Assembly (NCBI RefSeq): GCF_036321535.1
Contig: NC_087437.1
Span: 17,114,001 to 17,178,000, forward strand
Length of the DNA stretch: 64,000 nt
Direction of reading: 5' to 3'
Source of the DNA: Camelus dromedarius
Taxonomy: Eukaryota
Positions 26,530-39,668 of the stretch are shown here, piece after piece. Position 1 is the first letter of the stretch. The number at the start of each line of letters is the position of its first letter. The notes under the pieces were generated by a model. That model was not told where the DNA came from and searched no databases. It worked only from the letters and a program-made list of their open reading frames with translations. A program made the position numbers and the translations under genes.

Positions 26530-26868
26530 CTTTCCACCAGTTTTAATGAGAAATAATTGACATACATCACTGTATATAAATTTAAGATGTACAGCATAAT
26601 GGCTTGACTTACAGATATTAAGAAATGATTACAACAGGTTTAGTAAACATCCACTATCTCATAATGATATAATAAAAAAAGGAAAAAAATTCTCCTTAGA
26701 ACGAGAACACTTAGGATCTACTCTCCTAACATCTTTGCTACGTATCATACAACAGCATTAACTATAGTCATCATGCTGTACATTATATCCCCAGTACTTA
26801 TGTCTTATAACTGGAAGTTTGTACCTCTTGATCACCTTCCTCAAATTCCCCCTCTTCCTAACCTGGTA
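26530..26868 (-). mobile_element. 5'-truncated L1 3' end (L1MA9-like) nested in the older L1
   Basis: TSD acattatta at 26521-26529 and 26869-26877. Body: aattgacatacatcactg..taagatgtacagc..cttataactggaagtttgtacc. Confidence 0.75.
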
Positions 26869-27822
26869 ACATTATTATTAACTAAAAGTCATACTGTATT
26901 CAGATTTTCTTAGTTTTTACCTAATGCCCTTTTCATGTTCCAGGATCTTATCCAGAATACCACAAAAGACAGTATCTGTCATGTCTACTTAGGCTGCTCT
27001 ATACTGTGACACTTTCTTAGGCTTTGTTTTTGATGTCTGTGATGGTTTTAAGGAGCAGTGGTCAGGTATTTTATGAAATGTTTTTCAATCTGAGTTTCTC
27101 GGATGTTTTCCTCATGGTTAGATATGGTTTATGGATTTTTGAGAGGAAGATCAAAGAGATAAAGTGCCATACTCATCACATCAAACTAAGGGTATATGCT
27201 ATCAGCATGACCAAACAATATTAATAAATCATGATCACCTTGCTGAGGTACGGTCTGTCAGGTTTTTCCACTGTACCAATTATACTTTTCATACTGTACT
27301 CTTTGGAAGGATGTCACTACATACAACCCACTTTTTAAGGGGTGGGGAATTATGCACCATTTCCTTGAGGTTTATGTAGGTAACTACATAATTTTAAATT
27401 TTTCTGCAAAGAATATTTGTCTATTCTCATTCATTTCTTTTATTATTCAATCATTTATATCAGTATGGTCTCGTGAACATTTTATAATCCAAGTCTAGGA
27501 TACCTATTTTATTGCTCAAACTGTCCCAAGTTTGGTACTGAGGGCTCCTTCACAGTTAGCTCTTATGTCCTTTTGATATACCCTCATCATTGTTTTGTTC
27601 TGAGTACTTCTTACTTTCTGACAAGATGGAATGTTCTAGGCTTACCTTACATATTCTCTGTTTCAGTCCTAGAAGCTAACATTTCTTCAAGGAGACCTGG
27701 TTTCTTTTATTGGACAATGGAATCAGAAACCAAGATTTGGTTTTAGGTGTGTTTGTTGCTACTGGCTTATTGCTATTGGTACGTAATTTCCCTTAGGCCC
27801 TCTAAGCTGAAAGAACAAGGAA

Positions 27823-27823
<1 letters not shown>

Positions 27824-27856
<33 letters not shown>
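27824..27856. repeat. (TG)16 microsatellite
   Basis: Uninterrupted tg run read directly. Confidence 0.97.
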
Positions 27857-27858
<2 letters not shown>

Positions 27859-29084
27859 ACAAACTTATCTATAAATATTTCTACATGTAACCATACATAT
27901 ATATATTAATCTATATATGAGTTATGCTAATGCCTTCAACATTACCAATTAGATTATTCTCGTGTTCTCCTCCTGCATTATCTATAATCTCTTCCAACAG
28001 TGCAAAATCTGGTTCCCACCATTAACTAGGTATTTACTTAACTTTCCTACCCCAGTATACATGTACAGTGACTTCAGAATTGATAACCCATGCCCCCATT
28101 GGAAATAACTTAACCAATCAGAGTACAGTGCTTATGCATAGTTCTTTCTGCCTTTAGTCTTATGAGTCTCCACTCATTTCTTCAGTTACTTAGGACCACA
28201 CCTTTTCCCCAAACCCCTTCAGTGACAGTATTTCATGTATTTTCAATACAGTTAGACCCTTCTGTCAGTCTGCATTCATCCTGGGATGACCTCATAAGTA
28301 ATTTTTTTTAATTTGCAAGCAAAGATTTTTTAAAATTCTTTATGCTATAAAAAGTTCTGTGGGTTTTGAAAAATGCATAGTATCACATATCCACCATTAG
28401 TATCACACAGAATAGTTTTATCACCCTAATTCCCCTATTCAAGCCTCACTCCTCCCCAAAACTCTGGCACGAATTTGTTTACCATTTCTAGTTTTGTTTT
28501 TTCCAGAATGTCATATAAACTGGAATCATACCGTATGCAGCCTTTTCAGACTGGCTTCTTTCACTCAGCAATGCCCATTAAGATTCATCTACACTTTTGT
28601 GTGGCTGGAGACTCATTCCTTCTTATCATCAAATAATATTCCATTGTATGGATGTATCACAGTTTATTCATTTCATCTACTGAAGGACATCTTGGTGGCT
28701 TCCAGTTTTTCGACAATTGTTATAAATATATTTACTACAAACATCCACATTCAAATGGTTATGTGAACATAAGTTTCAAATCAACTGGATAAATATTTAA
28801 GAGCATGAGTCCTGGATTTATAGCAAGGCTATGTTTAATTTTGTAAGAAACTCTGAGATTATCTTCCATAGTGGCTATACCACTTTGTAGTCCCACCAGT
28901 AAGGAATTCCTATTGCTTCACATCCTTGCCAGTAATTTATTTAGTCAGTTTTCTTGAATTTAGCCTTTCTAATAGATGTGTAGTGATATCTTTTAAAATT
29001 TTAATTGGCATTGCCCTAGTGACAAATGATATTATCTTTCTTATGCTGATCGGCCATCTATACATTTTCTCTGGTGAGATGGTC

Positions 29085-29368
29085 TTATATCTAAGTCTTT
29101 AAGCCATTCTGAGTTTATTTTTGAGTATCGTGTGAGAAAGTGTTCTAACGTCATTGATTTATAATGGCGGCTGTCCAGCTTTCCCAACACCACTTGCTGA
29201 AGAGACTGTCTTTTTCTTCACTGCATATTCCTTCCTCCTTTTCCAAAGATTAACTGGATATGAAAAGAATATGAAAAGGAATACATATGTATAAAAGAAT
29301 CATTATTCTGTACACCAGAAGCTAACACAACACTGTAAATTAACTATACTTCAATACAAATGAAAAAA
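29085..29368. mobile_element. L1 with inverted 5' part: minus-strand ORF2 fragment (29085-29255) joined to a plus-strand 3' end (29256-29368)
   Basis: The left part is reverse-complement-homologous to ~19580-19745. The right part gaatatgaaaaggaata..ctgtacaccagaa..ctatacttcaata matches 60804-60895. Confidence 0.7.
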
Positions 29369-29374
29369 CAAAGA

Positions 29375-29514
29375 GGGGAGGGTATAGCTCAGTGGTAGAG
29401 CAATGCTTGGCATGCACGAGGTCCTGGGTTCAATCCCCAATAACTCCATTATAATAAATAACCTGAATTACCTCCCTCCCCCCAAAATTGTTTTTAAATA
29501 AATAAAAAATAAAA
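29375..29514 (+). mobile_element. tRNA(Ala)-derived SINE of the camelid vic-1 type
   Basis: GGGGAGGGTATAGCTCAGTGGTAGAG (A box) ... GAGGTCCTGGGTTCAATCCCC (B box), then aataaataacctgaattacctccc and an A-rich tail. It matches the recalled vic-1 consensus and sits in the A-tail of the preceding L1. Confidence 0.85.
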
Positions 29515-30139
29515 GAAAACAAAAGTTAATCAGAAGACCTTGTGTTTGCAAATTAAGAAATATGCTTTTAAGTAGTCGATGAATTAAAGAAAGACAATTA
29601 AAATACATTTTGAATTAAACTAATGAAACGAAAAATCACAAGTTATACAAATTAAAAATATAAGCGGATATTATAAATGTTATTAAATAAATATGAAAAT
29701 TTAGATGAAATGGAGAATTTCCTAGAAAAATAAAGCATGTCAAAATAATAAAATAGCAGAATACTGTTAAATCAGTTAAACAAATTAAATCAGTAGTTTA
29801 AATACTTCCAATAAAAAAATTTTAGGACCATATGATTTCAATAGTGAATTCTACCAAATGTTCTGTAAATAATTAATTCCAATTTCATATAGTCTTCCAG
29901 AAAATAATAAAGATATTCTACACAATTCATCTTTATGAGGTTAGCAAAGCCTTGATAATAAAACCTGAAATGGAAAGAATAAAAAGAAAAAATTGAGGCC
30001 AATCTAGTTGATAAATACAAATCTAAAAAATCCTAAACAAAGTATTAGCAAACCAAAGCATGAAATAATATTAAAAGCACAATATACCACGATCAAGTTA
30101 AATTCCTTTCAAGAATGCATATTAGATTTAAAATTAAAA

Positions 30140-30915
30140 GATCAGTGGTAGCCATGGATGAGAGGTGAAGAGCTGGGGAAAGTATAAACAGGAGATGCAC
30201 AGGGGGGATTTTTAGGACAGTGAAACTATTGTTTGATACTATAGTAGTGCATTTTCAAAATCCATAGAAATTTATAACACAAAGAGTACATCTGTGAAGG
30301 AAGAAATCTGCTCTGCCAGATCAGTAAACAAAGGATGTTGTGACCATCAAGCCATCAGCCACTGTAGCCACGCCCACTCTGCACACTGAGGGGATTCAGG
30401 ATGAAAAAAGAAAGGACACAAGTTAAGGTGCATATCAAAGGAATTATTTCAATGAGACGAGACTGTTGCATTTTCCCATACAAAGTTCTAAATTCATTAA
30501 CTTAAGTGTCTGTTTTTTCTTTAATTAACAGTAATATTCTGATGTTCTGACTACCTGGTTTTTGTTGCAAAAACTCCTATATATCAGGGCTCCTCTCTTA
30601 CCTCGTCGGAGTGGTCCCTCAGAGTTATCTGAGAGACTATCTCCTGGGTTTAAGACTTCAGCAAGTCTGCTGAATAAAACATAATTCTCAGTTTTTAGGT
30701 TGTATAATTATAAGACCTAATGTGAACTATGGACTTTGGTTAATAATAATGTATCATTACTGGTTCTTCAATTTTAACAAATGTACCACACTAATACAAA
30801 ATGTTAACAGAGGAAAACTGGAGGGGAGAGGATGGTATATGGGAACTCTGTAATTTTGGCTTAATTTTCTTTTGTAAACCTGGAACTCCTATAAAAAATA
30901 AAGTCTACTTAAAAA
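30140..30915 (+). mobile_element. L1MC-type 3' end split by a solo LTR
   Basis: gatttttaggacagtgaaactatt..aacacaaagagt | cctaatgtgaactatggacttt..aacaaatgtaccacactaa..gggaactctgta. Confidence 0.7.
30293..30712 (+). mobile_element. Solo LTR, ~420 nt, probably ERV1 class; family not assigned
   Basis: Starts TG (tgtgaagg), has a TATA-like ctatatat at ~30577 and AATAAA at ~30673, and cleanly interrupts an L1MC 3'UTR. The terminal CA and TSD are degraded. Confidence 0.65.
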
Positions 30916-31723
30916 AAGATCCACTTACAATAAATTTTTTAAAGGCCTAAAGTCCACAAATGAAAATTTTGGTTAACACATATGTAAAACCTTTTCATTC
31001 ATACATAAAAATACCCTCTAAAATCCTGAATGAAAAGAGAGACCTAAATAAATGGAGCAATATATACAATGACCATAAACTGGAAGACTCAGTTTTATAA
31101 AGATGTAAATTCATCTTGCATCAATGTATAGCAGTAGTTATCAACCAATGTCCCATCCCCACCCAGATATGAAAAATGAAGGCTGGGGTGGTCATATAGT
31201 GCCCAATTGTGATTATTTACAAATAGAATAGCATTTTAATTTTTCTTCCAAAATGATGTTTATCATTTTGCCAAATAGCTATTAAGTTGTTAAGACATAC
31301 TTAAATTGTTTGGAACGAACTACTTAAAAAAAAAATCTTTTCGGTATTTTTTGGCCTACCGATACAATGAAAAAATTATTGAGACAGTAATCTGCCCATG
31401 AGACATGAAACTTCAGGAAACACTTGGAGTAACTGTTACTGGGTGAGATCAATACTCCAGCAATCCTAACCTAGAAAGCCCTTGTATTTGGAAACCCACT
31501 GCTAGGCACAAGCACCACAAAATAGAACTATTACTTGTTATAACCACCTAAGAAAGGTTATTTCTGACCCAAAATAAACCAGTTTGATAAACACACCCTT
31601 TAATAACTTAAAAAAAGGCACACTGTGACTGAAACTATTTATCCGCCAAATCGGTTACATACTGGTGTTACTATATACCAAAATATAAATGCCTGTACCA
31701 ATGATGTATTAAACAGTAATACT

Positions 31724-32125
31724 TTGTGAATCTGTCTGTTTTGTCAGTTCAATTGTGTCTTTTTTAAAAGATTCTACATATAAGTGATATCACGTGGTAT
31801 TTTTCTTTCTCTTTCTGACTTACTTCACTTAATATGACAATCTCAGGTCCATCTATGTTGCTGCAAATGGCAATATTTTATTCTTTTTTATGGCTGAGTC
31901 ATATATATATGTGGTATATATATATATATATACCACAGTTTCTCTATCCAGTCACCTCAGTCATCTGTCGATGGACATTTAGGTTGCTTCCATGTCTTGG
32001 CTATTGTAAATAGAGCTGGGATGAACATGGGTTCACCTATCTTTTCAAATTAGTTTCCTGTGGATACATGCCCAGTAGTGGGATTGATGGATCATAGGAT
32101 AAGTCTATTCTCAGTTTTTAAAGGA
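31724..32125 (-). mobile_element. L1 fragment (ORF2 end and 3'UTR start), truncated at both ends
   Basis: Reverse-complement-homologous to ~20320-20685 (ttctttctctttctgacttacttcactta; catctgtcgatggacattt). No poly-T and no clear TSD. Confidence 0.8.
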
Positions 32126-32342
32126 ATAATAATTTGACAACGGGAATAACAGATGTTTATTTTGTTATGCATAACACCTACTATTGTGTTCTCAGTTCTC
32201 TTCTCAGAATTTATTTCTTTGAAAATACATGAAGTTATACAGCTTTTAAAATGCAAACTCTAAGTGAATAGTGCATAAATCAACTTTTCTTCTGTGATCT
32301 TTGCTACTTTGTTGATACTGAACATACTCTATTATCACATAC

Positions 32343-32600
32343 TGAATTAGTCAGTATATTTCAACTAAGACTTCCAGTAGTAAATAGAATTCACTCCAGA
32401 TGGTTTAAATGAAGAGATTCTAATGAGGAGAATATAGATGTGTGAGCAAGATTAAGGAAACAGCTAGGGTTGCTAACGCAACTTAAAATAGCTAATGTAG
32501 GAAACTAATACCACTCCCTAGGCTCAAGATGAGAAAATAATAGTAACAGAGCAAAACGGAAGAGGGTCTGCTGAAACTCTACTCGTGACATGATGTTCTA
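32343..32600. mobile_element. Old MaLR/ERVL-type LTR fragment (MLT1-like)
   Basis: tgaattagtcag..gtgtgagcaagattaaggaaac..accactccctaggctcaag resembles recalled old LTR consensus. Confidence 0.35.
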
Positions 32601-33324
32601 GTTTGTTGTGTCAATTGGTGAGGATGTCCCTTCTAGCCAAGAAGTAGGAAAGTTTGTAACTTTTTGCTCCCTAACCTGGTTCTCATCCCTCTTTAGCCAA
32701 TTTTTAAACATCCTTTTTCCCTTGTTTCTTACGCAGTTAGGGAAATGGGCTGCCATGAAAAAACACCAAATGGATATTGGAACTTACTTTATAACAAAAC
32801 AAGTCCTTATAAAATACCAATCCTATCTCAATAAATAATAGAGAGACTGGCCTTTGTAATACAAAAAGACTTCTCTATTTGTCCTTTAGCTTCTGAACTT
32901 TCCCTAAAATGTGCGAACCATACAAATGTTTTGAATATTGTTTTAATTGTAGTTTATCAATTCTTTATTTTATAACTTACAGATTTTTAGTTATACTTAA
33001 TTTTGAGTCAGATTAAAAAAAATCTTTTCCACTCCAAGTTAATAAAAAATTTCTTCCATGTCTTCTTCCAGTGCTTTTATTATCTCCTTTCTGGTATTTT
33101 ATTTGTTCTTTTTTTAATTGGCTTCTTTGTTTCTGCTATCTGTTGTTGTTTTTCTATTTAAAATCCTGATGCACTGGAAATTTATCTTGGTGTACATTAT
33201 TATTAAGTGAGGTGTTTATAAGAAATAACTTCCTACATCAGCCATATTTTTACCTTAAAAAAGAGGTCTTTTATTCCACCACTTTTAATTGCCTATTCAA
33301 AGATAAAACAAACATATTACCTAT

Positions 33325-36300
33325 GTAGTTTGTATTTCTAATCCCCTACCCCTATTTTGTCCTACCCCACCGCTTTTCCAACTTCCAGCTTGTTCTCTGT
33401 GAGTCTTTTCTATTACATTATTGTCCTTATTTTTCAGATTCCACATATACGTGGTAACATAGAGTATTAGTCTGTCTCCATTTGACTTATTTCACAAAGC
33501 AACCCCCCCCCCGCCAGTTCCACCCACGTTGTTGCTAATGGCGATTTCATCTTTTTTATGGCTGAGTAATATTCCACTGTGTATATATACTTCTTCTTTA
33601 TCCATTCATCTATTATTGGACACTTAGATTGTTTCTATATTTTGGTCACTAAAAAAGGCTGCTATGAACTCTAGAGGTATATATACCTCTTCAAATTAGT
33701 GATTTTGTTTTCTTTGGACATATACCCAGGAGTACAACCACTGAGTCATACAGGAGTTCTATTTTCAGTTTTTGAAGAACATTCAACAGGTTTCCCACAG
33801 TGGCTGCACAAATTTAAATTCTCACCAACAGTGTACTACGATTCCATTTTCTCCAGGTACTTACCAAAATTTGTTATTTGTAGTATTGTTGATGACAGCC
33901 ATTCTGACAGACGTGCAGTGATACCTCACTATGGTTTTGATTTGCGTTTCTATAATGATCATTGACACTGAACATCTTTTCATGTGTCTGTTGGCCATAT
34001 GTAAGCTTTCCTTGGAAAAACGTCTACTCACGTCCTCTGCTCATTTACGCTTGGATTGTTTGTTTTTCTCATGTTGAGCTGTTACAAGTTCTTTATGAGT
34101 TCTTTATATAATTTTACATATTAAACCCCTTGTTGAATATACTGTTTACAAATATAATCTCTCATTCAGTAGGTGTTGTTTTTGTTTTGTTGACAGGTTT
34201 CTTCAATATGGAAAAGCTTGTAAGATTGATATAGTCCATTTGTTTATATGTGCCTTTGTTTCCCTTGGCTGAGGAGACATCAAAACAAAACAACAACAAC
34301 AACAAAAAACTTGCTAAAATTGATGTCAAAGAGAGTACTGCTGATGATTTATTCCCAAAGTTTTATGGCTTCAGGTCTTAACACTTAACTTTTTAATCCA
34401 TTTTGATATTGTTTTTGAATATGGTGTGAGAAAGTGGTCCAGTTTCTTTTGAATGTAGCTGTCCAGTTCTCCCAGCAATCCTTATTGAGAAGTCTGTCTT
34501 TATCCTATTATATATTTTTTCCTCTTCTGTTGTAGATTTACTGACTATACATGTGTGGGTTTATTTCTGGGCTCTGTATCCTGTTCTAATCATCTGCCTA
34601 TGTAGATGTTTTTGTGATAGTACCATACTCTTTGGATTACTATGGGTTTATAGTAAAGTCAGGAGTCAGGGAGCAAGTTACCTCCACCTTTAACATTTTA
34701 ATCAAGATTGCTTTGACTATTAAGGGTCTTCCAGGTTTCATATACATTTCAGAATTATTTATACTAGTGCTGTAAAAAATGTCACAGATATTCTGAAAGA
34801 GACTGTATTACATCTGTAGGTTGCTTTGGGTACTATGGACATTTTAACAATATTAATTTTTTCAGTACACAAATGTGAGATATCTTTCCATTTCTCTGTA
34901 TCATCTTCAATTTCCTTAAATAATATTGTATAGTTTTCAGAGTACAGGTCTATCACCTTCTTGGTTAAGTTTATTACTAGCTATTTTCTTCTTTTTGATC
35001 CTATTTTAAACAGGATTGTTTACTTGTTTTCTCTGATAGTCCATTGCTACTGTATAGAAAAACAACAGATTTCTGTATATTAATCTTGTATCAAGCAATG
35101 TTACTAAATTCATTTCATAGTTATAACAGTATTTTGGTGGAGACATCAGGGTCTCCTATAATATATAGTATCATATCATCCAACAATACTGACAGCTTTA
35201 CTTCTTCCCTTCAAATTTGGATGCCTTTATTTCTTTTTCTTGTCTGACTGCTGTGGATAGCACTTCCAATACTATGCTGTATAGAAGTGGTGAGAGTGGA
35301 TGTCTTTGTCTTGATCCAGACGTTAGTGGGAAGGCTTTTAGCTTTTCACCACTGAGTATTATGTTGGCTGTGAGTTTGTCAAAAATAGCTTTTATTACAT
35401 TCAGATATGTTCCCTCAATACACCTTTGGAAAGAGTTTTTATCATCAATGGATGCTGAATTTTATCAAATCCTTTTTCTGCACCAATTGGTATGATCATG
35501 TGGTTTTCGTCCTTTCTTTTGTTGATGTGGTGTATCACATTTATTGATTTGCATAACATCTTTGTGTCCTGGGATGAATCCAACTTGATCACAGTATATG
35601 ATCCTTTATATGTGTTGTTGAATTCTGTTTGCTAATATTTTGTTGAGCATATTTGCATCTATATTCATCAAAGATACTGGCCTGTAATTTTCTTTTCTGG
35701 CTTTGTCTTTGTCTGATTTTGGTATCAAGGTGACAGTGACTTCACATATGAATGTGGGAGTGTTCCCTCCTCTTCAATCTTTTTGAGAGTTTGAGAAGGA
35801 CTGGTATGAGCTCTTCTTTGTATGTTTGATAGAATTCCCCAGTGAAGCCATCTGGTCCTGGACTTTGGTTTGCAGTGAGTTTGCTTTTTTTTTTTTTTTT
35901 TTTTAAACAGATTCTGTTTCATTACTAGTGATCAGTCTGATCAAATTATCTATTTCCTCTTGATTGAATTTTGGTGAACTGTCTGTTTCTAGAAACTTGT
36001 CCATTTCTTCTAGATTGTCCAATTTGTTGGCATATAATTGTTCATAGTTTTCTCTTACGGTTTTTTTCTATTTCTGTGGTTATCTGTTCTCTTACATTTG
36101 TTATTTTCTTCATTTGGGTCCTCTCTTTTCTGGGTGAGTCTGGTCAGAGTTTTTTTTTTATTTTGGTTACCCTTTCAAAGAACCAGCTCTTGGTTTATTG
36201 GTTTTTCTATTGCTTTTTAAAATCTCTATTTCTTTTCTCCCTGATCTTTATTATTTCCTTCCTTCTGTTGACTTTAGGATTTGTTTGTCCTTTTTTTTCT

Positions 36301-39300
36301 AATTGTTTTAGATAGCAGTTAGGTTTTTTATTTGAGAATTTTCTTGTTTTTGAAAAAGGCCTGTATTGTTATGAATTTCCCCCTAATGAGTGCTTTTGAT
36401 GCACCCCACAGATTTTGTATTATTGTGTTCTCATTGCCATTTTGTCTTAAGGTATTTTTAATTTCCTCTGTGCTTTAATCATCGACCAACTCATTTTTTT
36501 AGTAGCATGTTCTTTAGTCTCCATGTGATCATTTTTTTTTTCTCATTTCTCTTTCTGTGGTTGATTTCTAGTTTCATGCCTCTGTGGTCAGAAAACAAAT
36601 AATTTCTTGAACCAATTTCCATCCTATTAAATTTAATGAGGCTTGTTTTTGTCCCAGTATGTGGTCTATCCTAGAGATTATTCCATGAGCACTTGAAAAA
36701 AATGTATATCTGGTTTCTCTTGGATGTAACATCCTGAAAGTATCAATTAAGTCGAACTGTTCTATTGTGTCATTTAGGGTCTCTGTGGCTTTTTTATTTC
36801 CTGCCTGGAAAATCTGTCCATTAATGTTAGTGGGATGTTAAAAGTCTCCTACGGTACTATATTTCCATTAATTTCTCCCTTTATGTCTGTTAGTATTCAT
36901 TTTACGTGTTTAGGTGCTCCTATATTGGCTGCATATATGTTAGTAAGTGTAAAATCCTCTTTCTGTATTGATCCATTTATCATTATATGATGTTCATCTT
37001 TTTCTTTAATAGCCTTTGTTTTAAAGCCTATTTCGTCTGATATTGCTATCCTTGCTTTCTTGTCCTTTCTGTTTGCATTAAGTATCTTTTTCCATCCTCT
37101 CATTTTTCTATGTGTGTCCTTTCACCCTAAAGTGGATGTCCTGTAGGCAGCATACTATAGGCTCTTGTTTTATTATCCAATCTGCCACTCTATGTCTTTT
37201 GATTGGAGTATTTAGTCCATTGACATTTCTAGTAATTATTGAAAGACGTGTTTATTGCCATTATGAATTTAGTTTTACAGTTGATTTGGTATTTCCTCTT
37301 TGTTCCTTTCTTTTCTTCTTTTTGTGGTTTCATAATTTTCTTTTGTATTATCTTGATTTCCTTTTGGTTTTGTTGACTCTACTGTATGCTTTTTATTTGT
37401 GGTTAACCCTATTTTTTAAGTACGTTAACCCATTACTACAGCTACTTGCTTTAGAGAGGTAGTCATACAGGCTCAAACATATTCTTAAAAAATAAAATAA
37501 AACCTACATTTCTTACTCCCCTCCTCTACACTTTTTGATTTTGATATCCTCTTTTACACCTTCATGTTTATCCTTTTTCTGTTAATTGCAATTATTATTG
37601 TTTTCACAAAAACTTTCAATTTAAAAAAAAATCTGTATACTGGCTCATTTAAGTGATTTACTTCCAAATTGTGGTTTTCTCTTTCCTATAGATTTTTGCT
37701 TCTTTCCTATTTAGAGAAGACCTTTCAATACTTCTTTTAGGATAGGTTAGGACTGCTGCATTCTTTTAGTTTTTGCTTGTGGGAGGAATTCTTTCTCTCT
37801 CCTTCTATTCTAAGTTATAATCGTGCAGGATAGAGTTCCCTAGGTTGCAGGTTTTTCCCTTTCAGGACTTTGATCTATATCTTGCCACTCCCTTCTGGCC
37901 AGCAGTATTTACCTTAGAGAAATCAGCTGAGAGTCATATAGGGGTTCCCTTGTAATTAACTGTTTTTCTCTTGCTGCCTTTAGGATTTTCTTTAATTTTT
38001 GCCATCTGAATTATAATACGTTCTGGTGTAGGTCTGTTAGAGTTTATCTTATTTTGGATCCTCTGTGCTTCTTGTAACTGATATGTTTCCTTCTCTAGGT
38101 TTGGGAAATTTTCAGCCATAATTTCTTCAAGTATATTTTGATCTCCTTTTCTCTTTCTTCTACTTCTGGGATCCCTACTAGCATAGATTGGCATGCTTTA
38201 TATTATCCCATAGGTCTCATATATTGCTTTTGTTTCTTCATTTGTCTTTCTGTCTGATGCTCTGATTGGGTTATTTCCATTATTCTATATTCCAGATCAC
38301 TTATTTGTTCTTCTGCATTATTCAGTTTCCTATTTATTGCTTTTAGGTCAGCATTCATCTCAGCATATGAGTTTTCTAAGTTCAAATGGTTCTTCTTTAT
38401 TGTTTCCAGGTTTTTTTTTTTTTTTACAGTAATCTGAATCTCTATCAATAGCCTTTCTTAATTCCTTCAGTATTTTTATTACCACTAAGGGTTTAACAGA
38501 CTGGAGAGGTCTGTCTCATTGTTTGTTATTTCAGGGGATGTCTCTTGATCTTTTAACTGGAAGTCCTCTACTTCTGCATTTTACTTATATGTCTCTGATT
38601 CTATGACTTCAGCAGAAACAGTTATCTACTGTGGTTGTGAAGGCCTGTTTTTATGTAGGAGCATCCCTCTGTAGCCTGTGTAAGTCTAATATTTTTGTTG
38701 CAAGAGTTGGTTTTAGTATAGATGGCTGCCACGTCTTTCCTCATTGTAAGCTGGCCATTATCCCCTTGACAGTTGGTGATTGGTGTTGTGGTATCCAGAA
38801 TCTGCAATGGATGTTAAGTAGGAACCTCTTTTTGCTCTGTGCTTGTCACAGCCCTCTCAGGCAGGGTCTGCTCCCTGGTTGTTGGAGTAGCAGCCACCAT
38901 ATCCATTTCTGAGCTGCAGTGTGAGGTAGGTGGAACTGGAGCACTCCTGTTGGGAGAGGAGCCACTGACTATTCCTCTACAGGAGCTGTCCACTGAGAAG
39001 CACACTCTGTGATGTTGCCTATTACCCACAGTCTGTGCTTATAAAGTACACTGCTGTAAACACTATCCTCAGCTCCGCCTCAACCATGGAAATGCAGGCA
39101 GTAGGCTCACGTGTCTCTCAGGCACTGTGCTCACAAAGCCACCAGAGCACATCTGTTGAAGTCAGTAATGGGGACCACTGTATCACACACCTGGACAAGC
39201 CGTGGGAGATATGGAATCAGCCCAGATCCCATCCCTGCCTCAATATGCAAATGCCAATAAAGCCTACGACTAACACCAACCCATCCCAGCCACAGAAGCA

Positions 39301-39668
39301 CCAGTAATCTGCTCAGATGTCCTGCCTGTGCTGAGCTTACAAAGCCATCTGTGGCAGCATAAACCCACAAATCACACAGCCACTGGGACACTGCTCAGAT
39401 TTCAGTCCTGCTTCCGAAGTCATGAGGCCCTAAGGGACTGGCTCAGATTTCAGCCCCCGCCTCTGCATGTTGGCAATCTGCTGGTGCCTGAGTGCTCCTA
39501 GAGCTCTTAGAACTGGAGCCACACCCACTGTGAGCACAATGAGAAAGAGGCTATTGCAGGACCTTGGACCTTCCATCACACAAGAGTTAACAATGGAGAT
39601 TCTATGGTGGAATTTGGCTCCACCCTGCACACATGGCCAGTTGTGGCTTAGACTACATTTTGCCCCCA
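33325..39668 (-). mobile_element. Near full-length inactive L1 (~6.3 kb), sense to STAG1
   Basis: 5'UTR ~38600-39668. ORF1 remnants (NSRLNNAEEQISDLE-like; EEIMAENFPNL). ORF2 ATG at ~37261, with peptides RGWKKILNAN..NIYAANIGAPK and DLYSENY..KEIEDDTEKWKDI. The 3'UTR runs to ~33325 and lacks the terminal poly-A. Confidence 0.92.

Larger units (their letters stand above)
26370..29080 (-). mobile_element. Old L1 (L1MC/L1MD-type) long 3'UTR and ORF2 end
   Basis: Typical reverse-strand text: gttttaggctgacagaaaagctg..gtacagaggttcccatata and ccagaatgtcatata..ggaatcatac..cttttcagactggcttctttcactcagc. Confidence 0.75.

Noticed and set aside
29375..29447. tRNA-Ala gene
   Set aside because: The acceptor and anticodon arms are imperfect and it continues into a SINE body and A-tail, so it is a tRNA-derived SINE.
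33325..39668. Active full-length L1
   Set aside because: ORF1 and ORF2 are broken by many stops and frameshifts, and the extreme 5' and 3' ends are missing.
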